NCBI GenBank assembly: GCA_041751015.1
Contig: JBGSYF010000030.1
Location: 16,973-80,972, forward strand
Reading direction: 5' to 3'
Origin: Chitinophagales bacterium
Lineage (GTDB): Bacteria; Bacteroidota; Bacteroidia; Chitinophagales; BACL12
Length of the DNA: 64,000 nucleotides
A program made the translations under genes and the position numbers. A model generated the notes under the pieces. That model did not search any database. It was given only the letters and a program-made list of their open reading frames with translations, and was not told the DNA's origin. Positions 11,627 through 21,896 of this stretch are shown in pieces (positions within the stretch are counted from its first letter, which is position 1; each line of letters begins with the position of its first letter).

Positions 11627-13249
11627 ATGCAAAGCCAGCTCCAGTCACGCGCTTCCGGCCTGGGAATCGCCTTGTTCAGTCTCCTTGCTCTACTGCTGCC
11701 CCTGGCGCACAATGGCCATGCTCAGGGTCAGTTCAGTGGCGATTTGCAGATGGAAACACAGTTTTACATCCGCGATACCCTTATTGGCGCCTCCAATACC
11801 GAGCACTATGATGTGCTCAAAAACGGCGGAGACTCCTGGCTATCCCTGAACTACCTCCAACCCGACTGGGATTTCTCCGCCGGAATCAGGATAGATGCCC
11901 ATTACAACTCCAACCTGCACAATCCCGGAACGGCCTTCACGGGCATTGGCGTTGGCACCTTCTATCTGCAAAAACGGGTGGATAAACTCGACATCACCGC
12001 AGGCTATTTCTACGAACAATTCGGCTCCGGGCTCAGTCTGCGCGCTTATGAGGAAAGAACACTGGGCATTGACAAAGCCCTGCTGGGGCTGCGTCTGCTC
12101 TACCAGTTCAACGAAAATTGGGCCTTCACCGGCCTGGTCGGAAAACAGCGCAATCGCTTTGATTTGTTTGCTCCCATCATCATGGGCGGGCGGCTCGAAG
12201 GCAGTTTTCAGGTCAACGAAAAGGCCTGGTTCAACCCCGGACTCTCCGTGGTCAACCGCAGCATGGACAAGGCCAATCTGGACCTGGTCCGGGCCAACCT
12301 GGCTCCCACCCTTGACCCGGGCGACAGCGTAAGACCCCTGAGCAATACCTATGTCGCGTCCATTTACAACAACATCGATCTGGGCAAGTTTAGCTGGTAT
12401 GTTGAACTGGCCGGCAAGACTCCGGAGTACCAGCGACCGGACGGCAGTCCCTGGGATCAGTATGGCAGCGCAGTGCTCAGCAGCCTGAGTTACTCCCGCA
12501 AAGGACTTGGACTCACAGGGCAAGTAAGACGTATAGAATCTTTTCTTTTACGAACGTCTCCCAACGAACAATTGCTGGACGGAATCTTCAATTTCCTGCC
12601 CACCCTGACCCGCCAAAACTCCCTGCGCCTTCCCGCGCGTTACAATCCCGTGGCCCAGGATCTCGGCGAAATGGGTTTCCAACTCGACGCGATCTACTCG
12701 CCCATCAAAGGTTATACTTTCAGCGCCAATTACTCCGACATACGCACGTTGGACAATCAAAATCTGTTCAGAGAAATATATGTTGATTTGGAATTGCGCA
12801 CCAGCACGAGCTGGAAACTATTGGGAGGAATTCAACATGTGCGCTATGATCAGGACTTCTACGAGAACAAACCCGGAGTTCGCCCGGTAAGCACGGTAAC
12901 TCCATTTGCAGAATTCTTATACAAATTAGATAAACGCAAATCACTGCGCCTGGAATTGCAGTATATGAACAATCCGGGCGATTTCGGAAGCTGGTTGTAC
13001 GGTCTGATCGAATTCAATATGGCTCCGAGTTTCTCTATCTCCATTGCCGACATGTACAATTTCGACCCCACCGACAAAAGCCCTGGCCAGATTCACTACT
13101 ACACCCTTTTTACTTCATATACACAAAAAGCCAATCGTTTTTACCTCAGTTATGCCCGTCAGGTCGAAGGGATCATCTGCACCGGAGGAGTTTGTCGGTT
13201 TGAACCCGCTTTCAATGGTGTCAAGTTAGGCGTAACTTCAAGTTTCTGA
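11627..13249 (+). CDS. DUF6029-like outer-membrane beta-barrel protein
   Basis: Signal peptide; ITAGYFYEQFGSGLSLRAYEERTLGID; amphipathic beta strands; C-terminal GIICTGGVCRFEP and terminal Phe. Confidence 0.8.
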   Translation: MQSQLQSRASGLGIALFSLLALLLPLAHNGHAQGQFSGDLQMETQFYIRDTLIGASNTEHYDVLKNGGDSWLSLNYLQPDWDFSAGIRIDAHYNSNLHNPGTAFTGIGVGTFYLQKRVDKLDITAGYFYEQFGSGLSLRAYEERTLGIDKALLGLRLLYQFNENWAFTGLVGKQRNRFDLFAPIIMGGRLEGSFQVNEKAWFNPGLSVVNRSMDKANLDLVRANLAPTLDPGDSVRPLSNTYVASIYNNIDLGKFSWYVELAGKTPEYQRPDGSPWDQYGSAVLSSLSYSRKGLGLTGQVRRIESFLLRTSPNEQLLDGIFNFLPTLTRQNSLRLPARYNPVAQDLGEMGFQLDAIYSPIKGYTFSANYSDIRTLDNQNLFREIYVDLELRTSTSWKLLGGIQHVRYDQDFYENKPGVRPVSTVTPFAEFLYKLDKRKSLRLELQYMNNPGDFGSWLYGLIEFNMAPSFSISIADMYNFDPTDKSPGQIHYYTLFTSYTQKANRFYLSYARQVEGIICTGGVCRFEPAFNGVKLGVTSSF

Positions 13250-13251
13250 TC

Positions 13252-14226
13252 ATGAACTTGCAAGAGCAGAAATCTACGGTTCGAACGGCCCCAGCAACCC
13301 GCCGCCAGCAGCTCTACACCTTTTTCAAGAGAGTTTCCCGCTTGGCGCCCAAGCCTCCTGTCTCTCTGCCAGGCAGAATCCGCCTGGCGAGTCTGGTTTT
13401 GCTCAGCCTGAGCAGCGCTTTACTGATGAGCAGTTGCGAAGAAGAAACCCCCTTCGTCACCGGCCCAGTCCTCACCCTGGACACCACCTATATCGATACG
13501 GATTTGCCCCCTGCCCAGGCTCGTGTGGTTCTGCTCGAAGACTTCACCGGTGTTCAATGCGTCAATTGCCCGGATGCACACAACCTGGCCAAGTCCCTGA
13601 TTCAGGCCAACCCCGGCCGCGTTGCAGCGGTATCCGAACACAACTACTTTCTGGGCGGCTATCCCAACAGCAGTGAAGACTTTCGCACCGATGAAGCCTT
13701 TGCCATCGATGCGCTGATCGGCCCCACGACGCTATGGCCCATCGGCACGGTCAACCGCCGTCAGTTCAGCGCTGAACCGGCCATCCTGCTGACCCTGCCC
13801 AAATGGACGGGCTATGTGGACAGTGAATTGCTGGAAGAGCCCCTCGTCAATGTGAGCATGGAGCTGGATTTGAAGCGCCCGGAGCGCCTGCTGGAGGTAC
13901 TGGTAGAAGCTCACTTTCTGGAAACCGTCCCTGAAGCCACCCGCCTGAGCGTGATGGTCCTGGAAAGTGGCATCGTTGATCCCCAACTGACCTTGAGCGG
14001 CATAGACGATGTCTATGTGCACGATCACGTGCTGAGAATCATGCCTACAGCCGCCACCGGTGCGCTGATCACCGTGAGTACCGAACAGGGTCGCGTCATT
14101 CGCCGCGGATATGAAGTGCAACTGAAAGAGCACTGGAACATGGATGAACTGGAGGTGGTGGTCTTTGTCCATCTCGGCGAGCTCGACAATCAGCGGGTCC
14201 TGCAGGCTGCTCTGGCCAAACCCTAA
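13252..14226 (+). CDS. Omp28-family outer-membrane lipoprotein (CxxC)
   Basis: Lipobox LLMSS-C followed by acidic EEE; VLLEDFTGVQCVNCP; YVHDHVLR; start uncertain. Confidence 0.85.
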   Translation: MNLQEQKSTVRTAPATRRQQLYTFFKRVSRLAPKPPVSLPGRIRLASLVLLSLSSALLMSSCEEETPFVTGPVLTLDTTYIDTDLPPAQARVVLLEDFTGVQCVNCPDAHNLAKSLIQANPGRVAAVSEHNYFLGGYPNSSEDFRTDEAFAIDALIGPTTLWPIGTVNRRQFSAEPAILLTLPKWTGYVDSELLEEPLVNVSMELDLKRPERLLEVLVEAHFLETVPEATRLSVMVLESGIVDPQLTLSGIDDVYVHDHVLRIMPTAATGALITVSTEQGRVIRRGYEVQLKEHWNMDELEVVVFVHLGELDNQRVLQAALAKP

Positions 14227-14316
14227 TCGGCATTTTCACTACTTTTGCTGCTTTGCCAGAGCTGAATTTGGCGCAGCATCACCCTGCGTCTGAGTCCATC
14301 GACAGGTAATCCAGGC

Positions 14317-16857
14317 ATGAAAATTTCCCTGAACTGGCTGCGCCAGTACATCAACACCGATCTCGATGCCGGTGAGATAGCCGCAACCCTGACCAGCATA
14401 GGGCTTGAGGTCGAAGGCATCTCGCCTTACACATCCCACCCAGGAGGCCTGGAAGGTTTGGTCATCGCTGAAGTGCTGGAAGTGCTCAAGCATCCCGATG
14501 CGGATAAACTCAGTCTCTGCAAAGTCGAAGTGGGCACCGGAACAGCCCTTCCCATCGTCTGCGGAGCTCCCAATGTGGGCGCGGGACAAAAAGTCGTAGT
14601 AGCCCTGGTCGGCAGCACGCTCTACCCTTCCCAGGGTGAGCCTTTCACCATCAAAAAGGCAAAGATTCGGGGCGAAGTCTCTGAGGGCATGATATGCGCT
14701 GAGGACGAGATTGGCCTCGGACAGGACCACAGCGGCATCATCGTTCTGCCCCCCGAAGCGCAAACGGGCACCCCCGCCGCGGAATACTTTGGTGTTGAGC
14801 GCGATCAGATTCTGGAGATCGGGCTGACCCCCAATCGCTCGGATGCCTTCTCTCACCTGGGCGTGGCCCGGGATCTCTATGCGGCACTCTGCGCCAGGGG
14901 CAAAAAAGCCGAACTTTGTTTGCCGGGCTCAGCCGCCGCTGTCAAGCCAGGCTCAAACGCGGTGGGCTCCCAGGCCCCCGAGCAGCCCAGCCCGGGCGCG
15001 CAGGACTCCGCGTCCGCCAGCACCCAGCCCAGCCCAGCCACTACCCTCCCCGCTCAGGCCGGCACCCTGCCCCCCTTCCCCGTAACGGTGCATGAGCCCG
15101 AAGCCTGCCTGCGCTACAGCGGCATAGCCCTGAGCGGATTGAGCGTCGGCCCTTCGCCCGAATGGCTTAAGAGAAGGCTGGCCAGCATCGGTGTGCGCTC
15201 CATCAACAATGTGGTGGATGTGACCAATTTCATCTTGCACGAATATGGGCAACCCCTGCATGCATTCGACGCAGATCGCATAAAAGAAAAACAAATTCAC
15301 GTTCGCTTTCTACCGGCCAAAACCCGCTTTGTCAGCCTGGATGGCGCGGAGCGCGAACTGGGCGAAAAGGACCTGATGATCTGCGATGCCGAGAAGCCGC
15401 TTTGTATGGCGGGCATCTACGGAGGCCTCAACTCAGGCGTGACAGAAAGCAGCAAAAACATATTTTTAGAAAGCGCGTGTTTTGAGGCCCGGCATATTCG
15501 CCGCAGCTCCACAGCGCACGGCTTGAGAACCGATGCTGCCGCCCGCTTTGAAAAAGGCTGCGACCCCAACATGACCCTGGACGCGCTGATCAGGGCCGTT
15601 GCCTTGCTTTTAGAATGCGCGGGAGGCCAGGTCGCCTCGGGCATCAGCGATGTTTACCCCATAGTTCAAGAGCCCAGAGAAGTCAGCCTTCGATGGACAG
15701 CATTACAGCGTCTGATCGGCATTGACATACCTCAAAAAGACGTATCTGATATTTTAACATTTCTTGGCATGGGCATGAAAACCCAAACCAGGGATGCGAT
15801 AACCGTATGGGTTCCCACCAGCAAGACCGATGTCACCCGGGAGGCAGACCTTATTGAGGAAGTCCTGCGCATCTATGGAATGGATCGCGTACCCCTTCCC
15901 CAGAATCTGAGAAGCAGCATAGTGCCGCCCATGGCCGATGCCAAAGAACAGGGCCGGTTCCGCATGGGCAGCTTGTTGAACGGGGCGGGATTTTCCGAGA
16001 TCTTCTCCAACCCGGTCACCCGTTCCCGCTATCTGAAGAACCTGGACGATGCCGCACAGAAGCGCGTGGTTCGCCTGGCCAACAGCCTGAACGCCGAGCT
16101 GGACATCATGCGTCCGGACTTGCTTTTCGGGGGAATGGAAGCGGTAGCTCGCAACCTGAATCGCCGCCGGGAGCGGCTTCGACTCTTTGAATTTGGAAGG
16201 GTTTTTGAGCAACACCAAGGAGGCTTTGAGGAACCCGAACAACTGGGACTATGGCTTTGCGGCCCCCAAAATGCGGAAAGCTGGCGCAACCCTGCGGCGG
16301 CGGCGAATTTCTTTGACCTCAAGGAAAACGTGGAAAGGGTCCTGTTGCGCTGCGGTCTGGAACAGTGGGATAGCCGCTCCAGCGAGCATCCTTTTCTGGA
16401 ATATGGTCAGGACTATTTGCATGCGGATCAAAAAATAGTATCTTTTGGTCGGGTCAGTGAGGGTTTGTCTGCCTTGTTTGACTTAAAGCTGCCGGTTTTC
16501 TATGCCGCCTTGAATTGGGATATCTTAGGCGTGCGATTGCGTCAACACCAAACGCGCTATCGTCCGCTGTCTCGTTTTCCGCTGCTGCGCAGAGATCTGG
16601 CGCTGGTGCTTGACAAAGGCATTGCCTACCGGGATGTGGAGTCGCTGGCCAGGCAAAATGGAGGCAAATTGCTCCGGGAGGTCTTTCTTTTTGACGTTTA
16701 CCAGGGTTCAAATCTGGGCGAAGACAAGAAATCTTATGGAATTGGCCTCAACTTTGGCGATGATCAGGCCACGCTGACCGATGGACAGATAGAGAAGGTG
16801 ATGCAGAAGCTGATCCGGGCATGTGAAACCGAATTGAACGCAACGATACGCCGCTGA
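14317..16857 (+). CDS. pheT: Phenylalanine--tRNA ligase beta subunit
   Basis: MKISLNWL, HPDADKL, CGAPNV, GLTPNRSD, INNVVDVTN, RFEKG, RDLAL, FDVYQG. Confidence 0.98.
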   Translation: MKISLNWLRQYINTDLDAGEIAATLTSIGLEVEGISPYTSHPGGLEGLVIAEVLEVLKHPDADKLSLCKVEVGTGTALPIVCGAPNVGAGQKVVVALVGSTLYPSQGEPFTIKKAKIRGEVSEGMICAEDEIGLGQDHSGIIVLPPEAQTGTPAAEYFGVERDQILEIGLTPNRSDAFSHLGVARDLYAALCARGKKAELCLPGSAAAVKPGSNAVGSQAPEQPSPGAQDSASASTQPSPATTLPAQAGTLPPFPVTVHEPEACLRYSGIALSGLSVGPSPEWLKRRLASIGVRSINNVVDVTNFILHEYGQPLHAFDADRIKEKQIHVRFLPAKTRFVSLDGAERELGEKDLMICDAEKPLCMAGIYGGLNSGVTESSKNIFLESACFEARHIRRSSTAHGLRTDAAARFEKGCDPNMTLDALIRAVALLLECAGGQVASGISDVYPIVQEPREVSLRWTALQRLIGIDIPQKDVSDILTFLGMGMKTQTRDAITVWVPTSKTDVTREADLIEEVLRIYGMDRVPLPQNLRSSIVPPMADAKEQGRFRMGSLLNGAGFSEIFSNPVTRSRYLKNLDDAAQKRVVRLANSLNAELDIMRPDLLFGGMEAVARNLNRRRERLRLFEFGRVFEQHQGGFEEPEQLGLWLCGPQNAESWRNPAAAANFFDLKENVERVLLRCGLEQWDSRSSEHPFLEYGQDYLHADQKIVSFGRVSEGLSALFDLKLPVFYAALNWDILGVRLRQHQTRYRPLSRFPLLRRDLALVLDKGIAYRDVESLARQNGGKLLREVFLFDVYQGSNLGEDKKSYGIGLNFGDDQATLTDGQIEKVMQKLIRACETELNATIRR

Positions 16858-17147
16858 TGGAAGACTGGTCTGCAGGTTTAGCCAATATCCTGGACAAGGT
16901 GGAAACCTTGATGGTCAAGTACGCCCGGGCAAAGGAGGAGAACAAGAACCTCAGGACCGAGCTGGAAGACATGCGCCGCCTCAAAGAGGAGCGCGATCAG
17001 CGCGTCCGCGAACTGGACGAGAAGATCACCGTGCTCAAAACGGTCCGGGAGATCGGGCAGGACGACGAGGACCGGGCGGCCATACGCCAAAAAGTCAGCG
17101 AGTACATCAAGGAGATCGACCGCTGTATTGCCCTGCTGAATACCTGA
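16857..17147 (+). CDS. Coiled-coil protein upstream of zapA (ZapB-like hypothetical)
   Basis: Heptad coiled coil ending EIDRCIALLN; TGATG overlap with the pheT stop. Confidence 0.75.
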   Translation: MEDWSAGLANILDKVETLMVKYARAKEENKNLRTELEDMRRLKEERDQRVRELDEKITVLKTVREIGQDDEDRAAIRQKVSEYIKEIDRCIALLNT

Positions 17148-17299
17148 TTACTGGTCAAAGGGCTCTGGATCCGCTCCAGGGCCATTCCAATGTTAACGGC
17201 AATTAATGTTAACTTTACACGAACGTACCCTGCGACTGCCCCGGGAGGGCGCAACGGGCGGCGGGAATCAATCAAAAAGAACCGGTTAAGCTATACCGT

Positions 17300-17602
17300 A
17301 TGGATGCAGAACAGGAATTGATCAACATCAATGTCAATATCTGTGACCGTCCCTACCGGCTGAAAGTAAAGCCCACGGAAGAGGAAAATGTCCGGAGGGC
17401 GGCCAAACTGATCAACGATAAGGTCAAAGACCTGCAATCGCAATATTCGGCAAAAGACAAGCAGGACTATCTGGCTATGTCAGCGCTCATGATGATGGTG
17501 GAGAAACTGAGCTCAGGGGCCGATGTATTGATCAAAGACAATTCGCTTGTAGAGCGAATGGCCGACTTGGATGCCCGGCTCAATCAGGTTTTGGCTCCCT
17601 GA
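17300..17602 (+). CDS. zapA: Cell division protein ZapA
   Basis: INVNICDRPYRL..EEENVRRAAKLIN..DKQDYLAM; precedes rny. Confidence 0.9.
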   Translation: MDAEQELININVNICDRPYRLKVKPTEEENVRRAAKLINDKVKDLQSQYSAKDKQDYLAMSALMMMVEKLSSGADVLIKDNSLVERMADLDARLNQVLAP

Positions 17603-17677
17603 CTGCTATTGCCCCCCCGGACAGGAAGGACCTGAGGGTTACGTCCCTTTATTAACAGGACCCCAAAACCGGGAACT

Positions 17678-19237
17678 ATGGACATCCTCATTTACGTCAT
17701 CCTGGCAGTAGTCGGGCTACTGATCGGTTTGATCATTGGCAAGTTTGCCTTTGGACAGACCACCAGCCAGCGCGAGATAGCCGAAAAGGAGGCCGCCAGC
17801 ATCATCAAAGCAGCCCGCCATGAAGCCGATACCCTGGTCAAGGCCCGGGAACTCGAAGCACAGGCTCACCTCGAAAAGCAGGAAGCTGCGGCCGATCGCC
17901 GCCATCAGCAGCGGGAACGCCAGCTTGAAGAGCGGGACAACAAGGTCAAACAGCGCGACAAAGACCTCTCCAAAGAGCGCGACCGCATGAAGCGCCGGGA
18001 GCAGGAGATCGAACTGCTTCAGGGTCAACTGGAACAGCACATCGAATCGGTCAAGCTCAGGCAGGAAGAGGTGAACCGGGCGCACAGCGAGAATGTGCGC
18101 AAGCTGGAGCAACTCGCCCAGCTCAGCGCAGAAGAAGCCCGCAATGAGCTGGTCGAATCGCTCAAAGCCGAAGCCCGCACCAAGGCCATGGGCATGATCA
18201 AGCAGATCACCGATGAGGCCAAACTGCAGGCCAACAAGGAAGCCAAGAAGATCATCCTCCAAAGCATACAGCGCACCGCTGCCGAGCAGACCATAGAGAA
18301 CTGCGTGTCGGTTTTCCATCTGCAGAGCGACGATCAAAAAGGTCAGATCATCGGCCGCGAGGGCCGCAATATCCGGGCCCTGGAAGCGGCTACCGGTGTG
18401 GAATTTGTGGTGGACGATACCCCGGAGGCCATCCTGGTTTCGGGCTTTGATTCAGTGCGCCGCGAGGTGGCCCGACTTTCGCTGGAGCGCCTGACCGCCG
18501 ACGGGCGAATTCACCCGGCCCGCATCGAGGAAGTGGTCAAGAAGACCCAGAAACAAATGGAGGAGCACATCATGGAGCTCGGCGAGCGCACCGTGATCGA
18601 TCTGGGCATCAACGGCCTGCACCCCCAACTGGTCAGGGCGGTAGGCCGGATGCGCTTCCGCTCTTCCTACGGTCAGAATCTATTGCAGCACAGCCGCGAG
18701 ACCGCCAATCTCTGCGCCACCATGGCCGCAGAACTGGGCCTGGACGCCAAGCTGGCCAAGCGAGCCGGTCTGCTGCACGACATCGGCAAGGTTCCCGAAG
18801 AGGAAAGCGAGCTCTCCCACGCCCTGCTCGGAGCCAAACTCTGCGAGAAATTCGGCGAGAACAAGGCCGTGGTCAACGCGGTGGGCGCCCACCACGACGA
18901 GATGGAGATGAAGTATCTCATCTCTCCTATTGTTCAGGCCTGCGACGCGATCTCCGGTGCCCGCCCCGGTGCCCGCCGCGAGATGGTCGAGAGCTATATC
19001 CAGCGCATCAAGGACCTGGAAAAACTGGCCCTGAGCTACGACGGTGTTGACGAGGCCTACGCCATTCAGGCCGGCCGCGAATTGCGCATCATCGTGGCCA
19101 GCGACAAGGTCACCGACAAGCGGGCAGAGGAATTGTCCTTCCAGATCTCAGAGAAGATCCAGGAAGACATGCAGTACCCCGGCCACATCAAAGTCACCGT
19201 CATCCGCGAACACCGGGCGGTGAGTTTTGCCAAGTAA
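17678..19237 (+). CDS. rny: Ribonuclease Y
   Basis: N-terminal TM and coiled coil, KH motif [14 protein letters not shown] motif LLHDIGK, AIQAGRE. Confidence 0.98.
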   Translation: MDILIYVILAVVGLLIGLIIGKFAFGQTTSQREIAEKEAASIIKAARHEADTLVKARELEAQAHLEKQEAAADRRHQQRERQLEERDNKVKQRDKDLSKERDRMKRREQEIELLQGQLEQHIESVKLRQEEVNRAHSENVRKLEQLAQLSAEEARNELVESLKAEARTKAMGMIKQITDEAKLQANKEAKKIILQSIQRTAAEQTIENCVSVFHLQSDDQKGQIIGREGRNIRALEAATGVEFVVDDTPEAILVSGFDSVRREVARLSLERLTADGRIHPARIEEVVKKTQKQMEEHIMELGERTVIDLGINGLHPQLVRAVGRMRFRSSYGQNLLQHSRETANLCATMAAELGLDAKLAKRAGLLHDIGKVPEEESELSHALLGAKLCEKFGENKAVVNAVGAHHDEMEMKYLISPIVQACDAISGARPGARREMVESYIQRIKDLEKLALSYDGVDEAYAIQAGRELRIIVASDKVTDKRAEELSFQISEKIQEDMQYPGHIKVTVIREHRAVSFAK

Positions 19238-19242
19238 GCCCT

Positions 19243-20049
19243 TCACTCCAGGGCCAGCACTTCTTTGCGCGCCGCTTCCGTGAAGCGCTGCAGATCAGCC
19301 ACGAGCGCTGCAGAGCCGCAGATCAGTCCGCCGCCGTGAACCGGGTCGCGGCCCGGGGCGAAAGGCTCCACCACTCCACCCGCCTCCCGCACCAACAACA
19401 CGCCCGCTGCGCAATCCCAGGGGTTTAATCGGTACTCAAAGTAGCCGTCCACACGACCGCAAGCCGTGTAGGCCAGATCAACCGCCGCCGAGCCAAAGCG
19501 GCGAATGCCGTGGCTGTTGCCCTGCACCGCTCCGGCCATCTTCATGAAGGGCTCCAGCCACTCCGGCCTTCCATAGGGGAAGCCCGTGGCCAGCAGCGCA
19601 TCGCTCATGCGGGAACATGCGCTCACCCGAATGGGCTGATCGTTGCAGCGGGCTCCCTGTCCGGCAATTGCGCTGAAGGATTCATCCCGGGTAATTTCAT
19701 ATACGCATCCCCATTGCAGAACACCCTTCTGCTCCAGAGCCACGCTGACCGAGTAGCAGGGCAGACCGTGCATGAAATTCGTGGTTCCATCCAGGGGGTC
19801 AATGATCCAGCAATGCTCCGCATCGCGGTGTTGATCAATGGTCTTCTCTTCGGTGATGAAGCTGGAACCGGGCAGCAATGAACTCAGGCCGCTGACCAAC
19901 ATGCGCTCTGCTCCTAAATCCACATCGGTGGCAAAATCAGCCCTGCCCTTGCTGTGCACCTGTTCCGTTTGCAGGGTACCCGCACGCCCGGCAATCCAGC
20001 GCCCGCACTGAACAACCAGTGCCTCAGCATCACCATAAATATTTTTCAA
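19243..20049 (-). CDS. suhB: Inositol monophosphatase family protein
   Basis: WIIDPLDGTTNF, RRFGSAA, PWDCAAG. Confidence 0.9.
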   Translation of the reverse strand: MKNIYGDAEALVVQCGRWIAGRAGTLQTEQVHSKGRADFATDVDLGAERMLVSGLSSLLPGSSFITEEKTIDQHRDAEHCWIIDPLDGTTNFMHGLPCYSVSVALEQKGVLQWGCVYEITRDESFSAIAGQGARCNDQPIRVSACSRMSDALLATGFPYGRPEWLEPFMKMAGAVQGNSHGIRRFGSAAVDLAYTACGRVDGYFEYRLNPWDCAAGVLLVREAGGVVEPFAPGRDPVHGGGLICGSAALVADLQRFTEAARKEVLALE

Positions 20050-20054
20050 TTTTA

Positions 20055-21749
20055 TTAATTTTTTCTAAAGGCAAAGCCTCCGGTCAGACGACTGACCAGG
20101 GTCAACAGCACCATACCGGCCACAACCCAGCCCGCCGTTCGACCTATTAAATCTCCCTGAAGCATATAATGAGTAACTTCATCATTAGCATACATCACCT
20201 CTACCAAGACATCTTCGCGGTCAAAGCCCGCACTGGATACGATATCACCCCGCTGATTGATATAACTCGAAACCCCGGTATTGGCCGAGCGGGCCACCCA
20301 GCGGCGATTCTCTATAGCGCGCAGACGGGCATAGGCCAGGTGCTGCAATCGCCCGGGTGAGTTGCCCCACCAGCCGTCGTTGGTGACCACAAAGATCAAA
20401 TCGGAACCGCCGCGCGTCCATCCACTGCTGTACTCCCCAAAGATGGATTCGTAGCAGATGGCCGGTGCCACCCCAATGCTGTCGCCCGATGAACGTTGAT
20501 GCCAGAACGTCTTGCGCTCAGCCGAACGCGAAAGTCGACCCATATAATCCTCCATGCCCGGTACCAATCGGTTGAGCCAGCCCAATTGCTCGTAGTAGGG
20601 ATAGCACTCCGGGCCCGGCACCAAAATGCCCTTGTGATAGACTTGCACATCAGAACCGGCATCCATCTGCAGAACGCTATTGTAGGACGAAATCCAGAGC
20701 CTGCGCCCACCCCCGAAGTCAACGCGCCGCGCAGAAGCCGGAGCCGCCAGCGAATCGCTGAACTTCTCATAGGCATTGATGCCCGCTATGAGCTTGGTCT
20801 GGGGGTAGTCGGCGAGCATGGCCCTCATCTTCTGCAGCGAAGGGTGGCGGTTCAGCGACTCCAGATCTATGCTGTTGGTCAGGGCCGTTTCGGGCCAGAC
20901 GAGATAGTCCAGCGAGTCACTCAGCACCGGCTGGCTCAACTCGATCATCTCCTGCAGAATCTGCTCCGGACTCAACTCAAATTTCTCGGTATGCGGGTCG
21001 TAATTGCTCTGCAAAACCGCCACGCGCACCGGATGGCCGGCATTGGGGTCGCGCTTGTGGTAGATGAACAGCGACAGGGCAATGGGCAGGAGTATGGCCA
21101 GTGCAGGTCGAAAGGCGGCCAGAGCGATGGCCAGCCCCCTGCGCTGCTGATCGCTGCTCTGGTAGCGCCGGGCAATGCCCAGGGCATAGCCAGCCAGGCG
21201 GTTCAGCTCGCGGTAGATCAGTATGTTGACCAGCAGGATCCACAGACTTCCGCCGAGCACACCAGTGAACTCATACCACTGCACCCAGGCGGGATTGTTG
21301 GCAAAGCCATTCCCCAGATTGAGCCATGGCCAGGTGAATTCCCAGCGCATGTGCAGGTATTCAAAGGTGATCCAGGCGCTGAGCAGGGTCATGTAACTGG
21401 CCATATTGCCCAGGTGCCGCCGGGCGCCCACATAGACCATCAGGGGCAGGGTCATCAGAAGACTGTTGACCACAACGGCAAAGACCCCGCCGGGAATGGT
21501 GGCCCTGGCCACCCACCAGGTGGTCAGCGCATTCCAGATCAGAAAGGCCAGAAAGACAAAGAGCCAGGTCGGGCGCCAGGCGCGCCCCCCTTCCCTCGAA
21601 GCCAGGATGGCGTCTATGCCCTGAAGAATGGGTATCCAGGCCAGGAACAGCAGGAAACTGAAGGGAAGCGGAGGCCAGGCCAGGCTGAGCAACACAGCGC
21701 TGCTCAACGCGCGCAGGGCCAGACTTTGGGTGGAGGGCTTGCGAACCAT
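20055..21749 (-). CDS. lnt: Apolipoprotein N-acyltransferase
   Basis: N-terminal TMs; nitrilase triad WPE, YHKGILVPGPE, ICYES; TNDGWW, RAIENRR, SANTG; start placed at ATG 21749. Confidence 0.93.
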   Translation of the reverse strand: MVRKPSTQSLALRALSSAVLLSLAWPPLPFSFLLFLAWIPILQGIDAILASREGGRAWRPTWLFVFLAFLIWNALTTWWVARATIPGGVFAVVVNSLLMTLPLMVYVGARRHLGNMASYMTLLSAWITFEYLHMRWEFTWPWLNLGNGFANNPAWVQWYEFTGVLGGSLWILLVNILIYRELNRLAGYALGIARRYQSSDQQRRGLAIALAAFRPALAILLPIALSLFIYHKRDPNAGHPVRVAVLQSNYDPHTEKFELSPEQILQEMIELSQPVLSDSLDYLVWPETALTNSIDLESLNRHPSLQKMRAMLADYPQTKLIAGINAYEKFSDSLAAPASARRVDFGGGRRLWISSYNSVLQMDAGSDVQVYHKGILVPGPECYPYYEQLGWLNRLVPGMEDYMGRLSRSAERKTFWHQRSSGDSIGVAPAICYESIFGEYSSGWTRGGSDLIFVVTNDGWWGNSPGRLQHLAYARLRAIENRRWVARSANTGVSSYINQRGDIVSSAGFDREDVLVEVMYANDEVTHYMLQGDLIGRTAGWVVAGMVLLTLVSRLTGGFAFRKN

Positions 21750-21896
21750 ATGCGGCTGAACGCCTTCGCGTCCGGGTCGAAAGGGGCGCCACAGCTCTCC
21801 TTGCGACCGGGGTAAAGATAAGTCAACAAAGGGCTTTGCTAACTTAGCCTTCATTATACCACCCGGCAGTTTCCTTTGGCCATATCCACGCCCCCC

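Noticed and set aside
17603-17677. Possible 6S RNA downstream of zapA
   Set aside because: The gap is only 75 nt with one small hairpin, too short for a 6S rod with a central bubble
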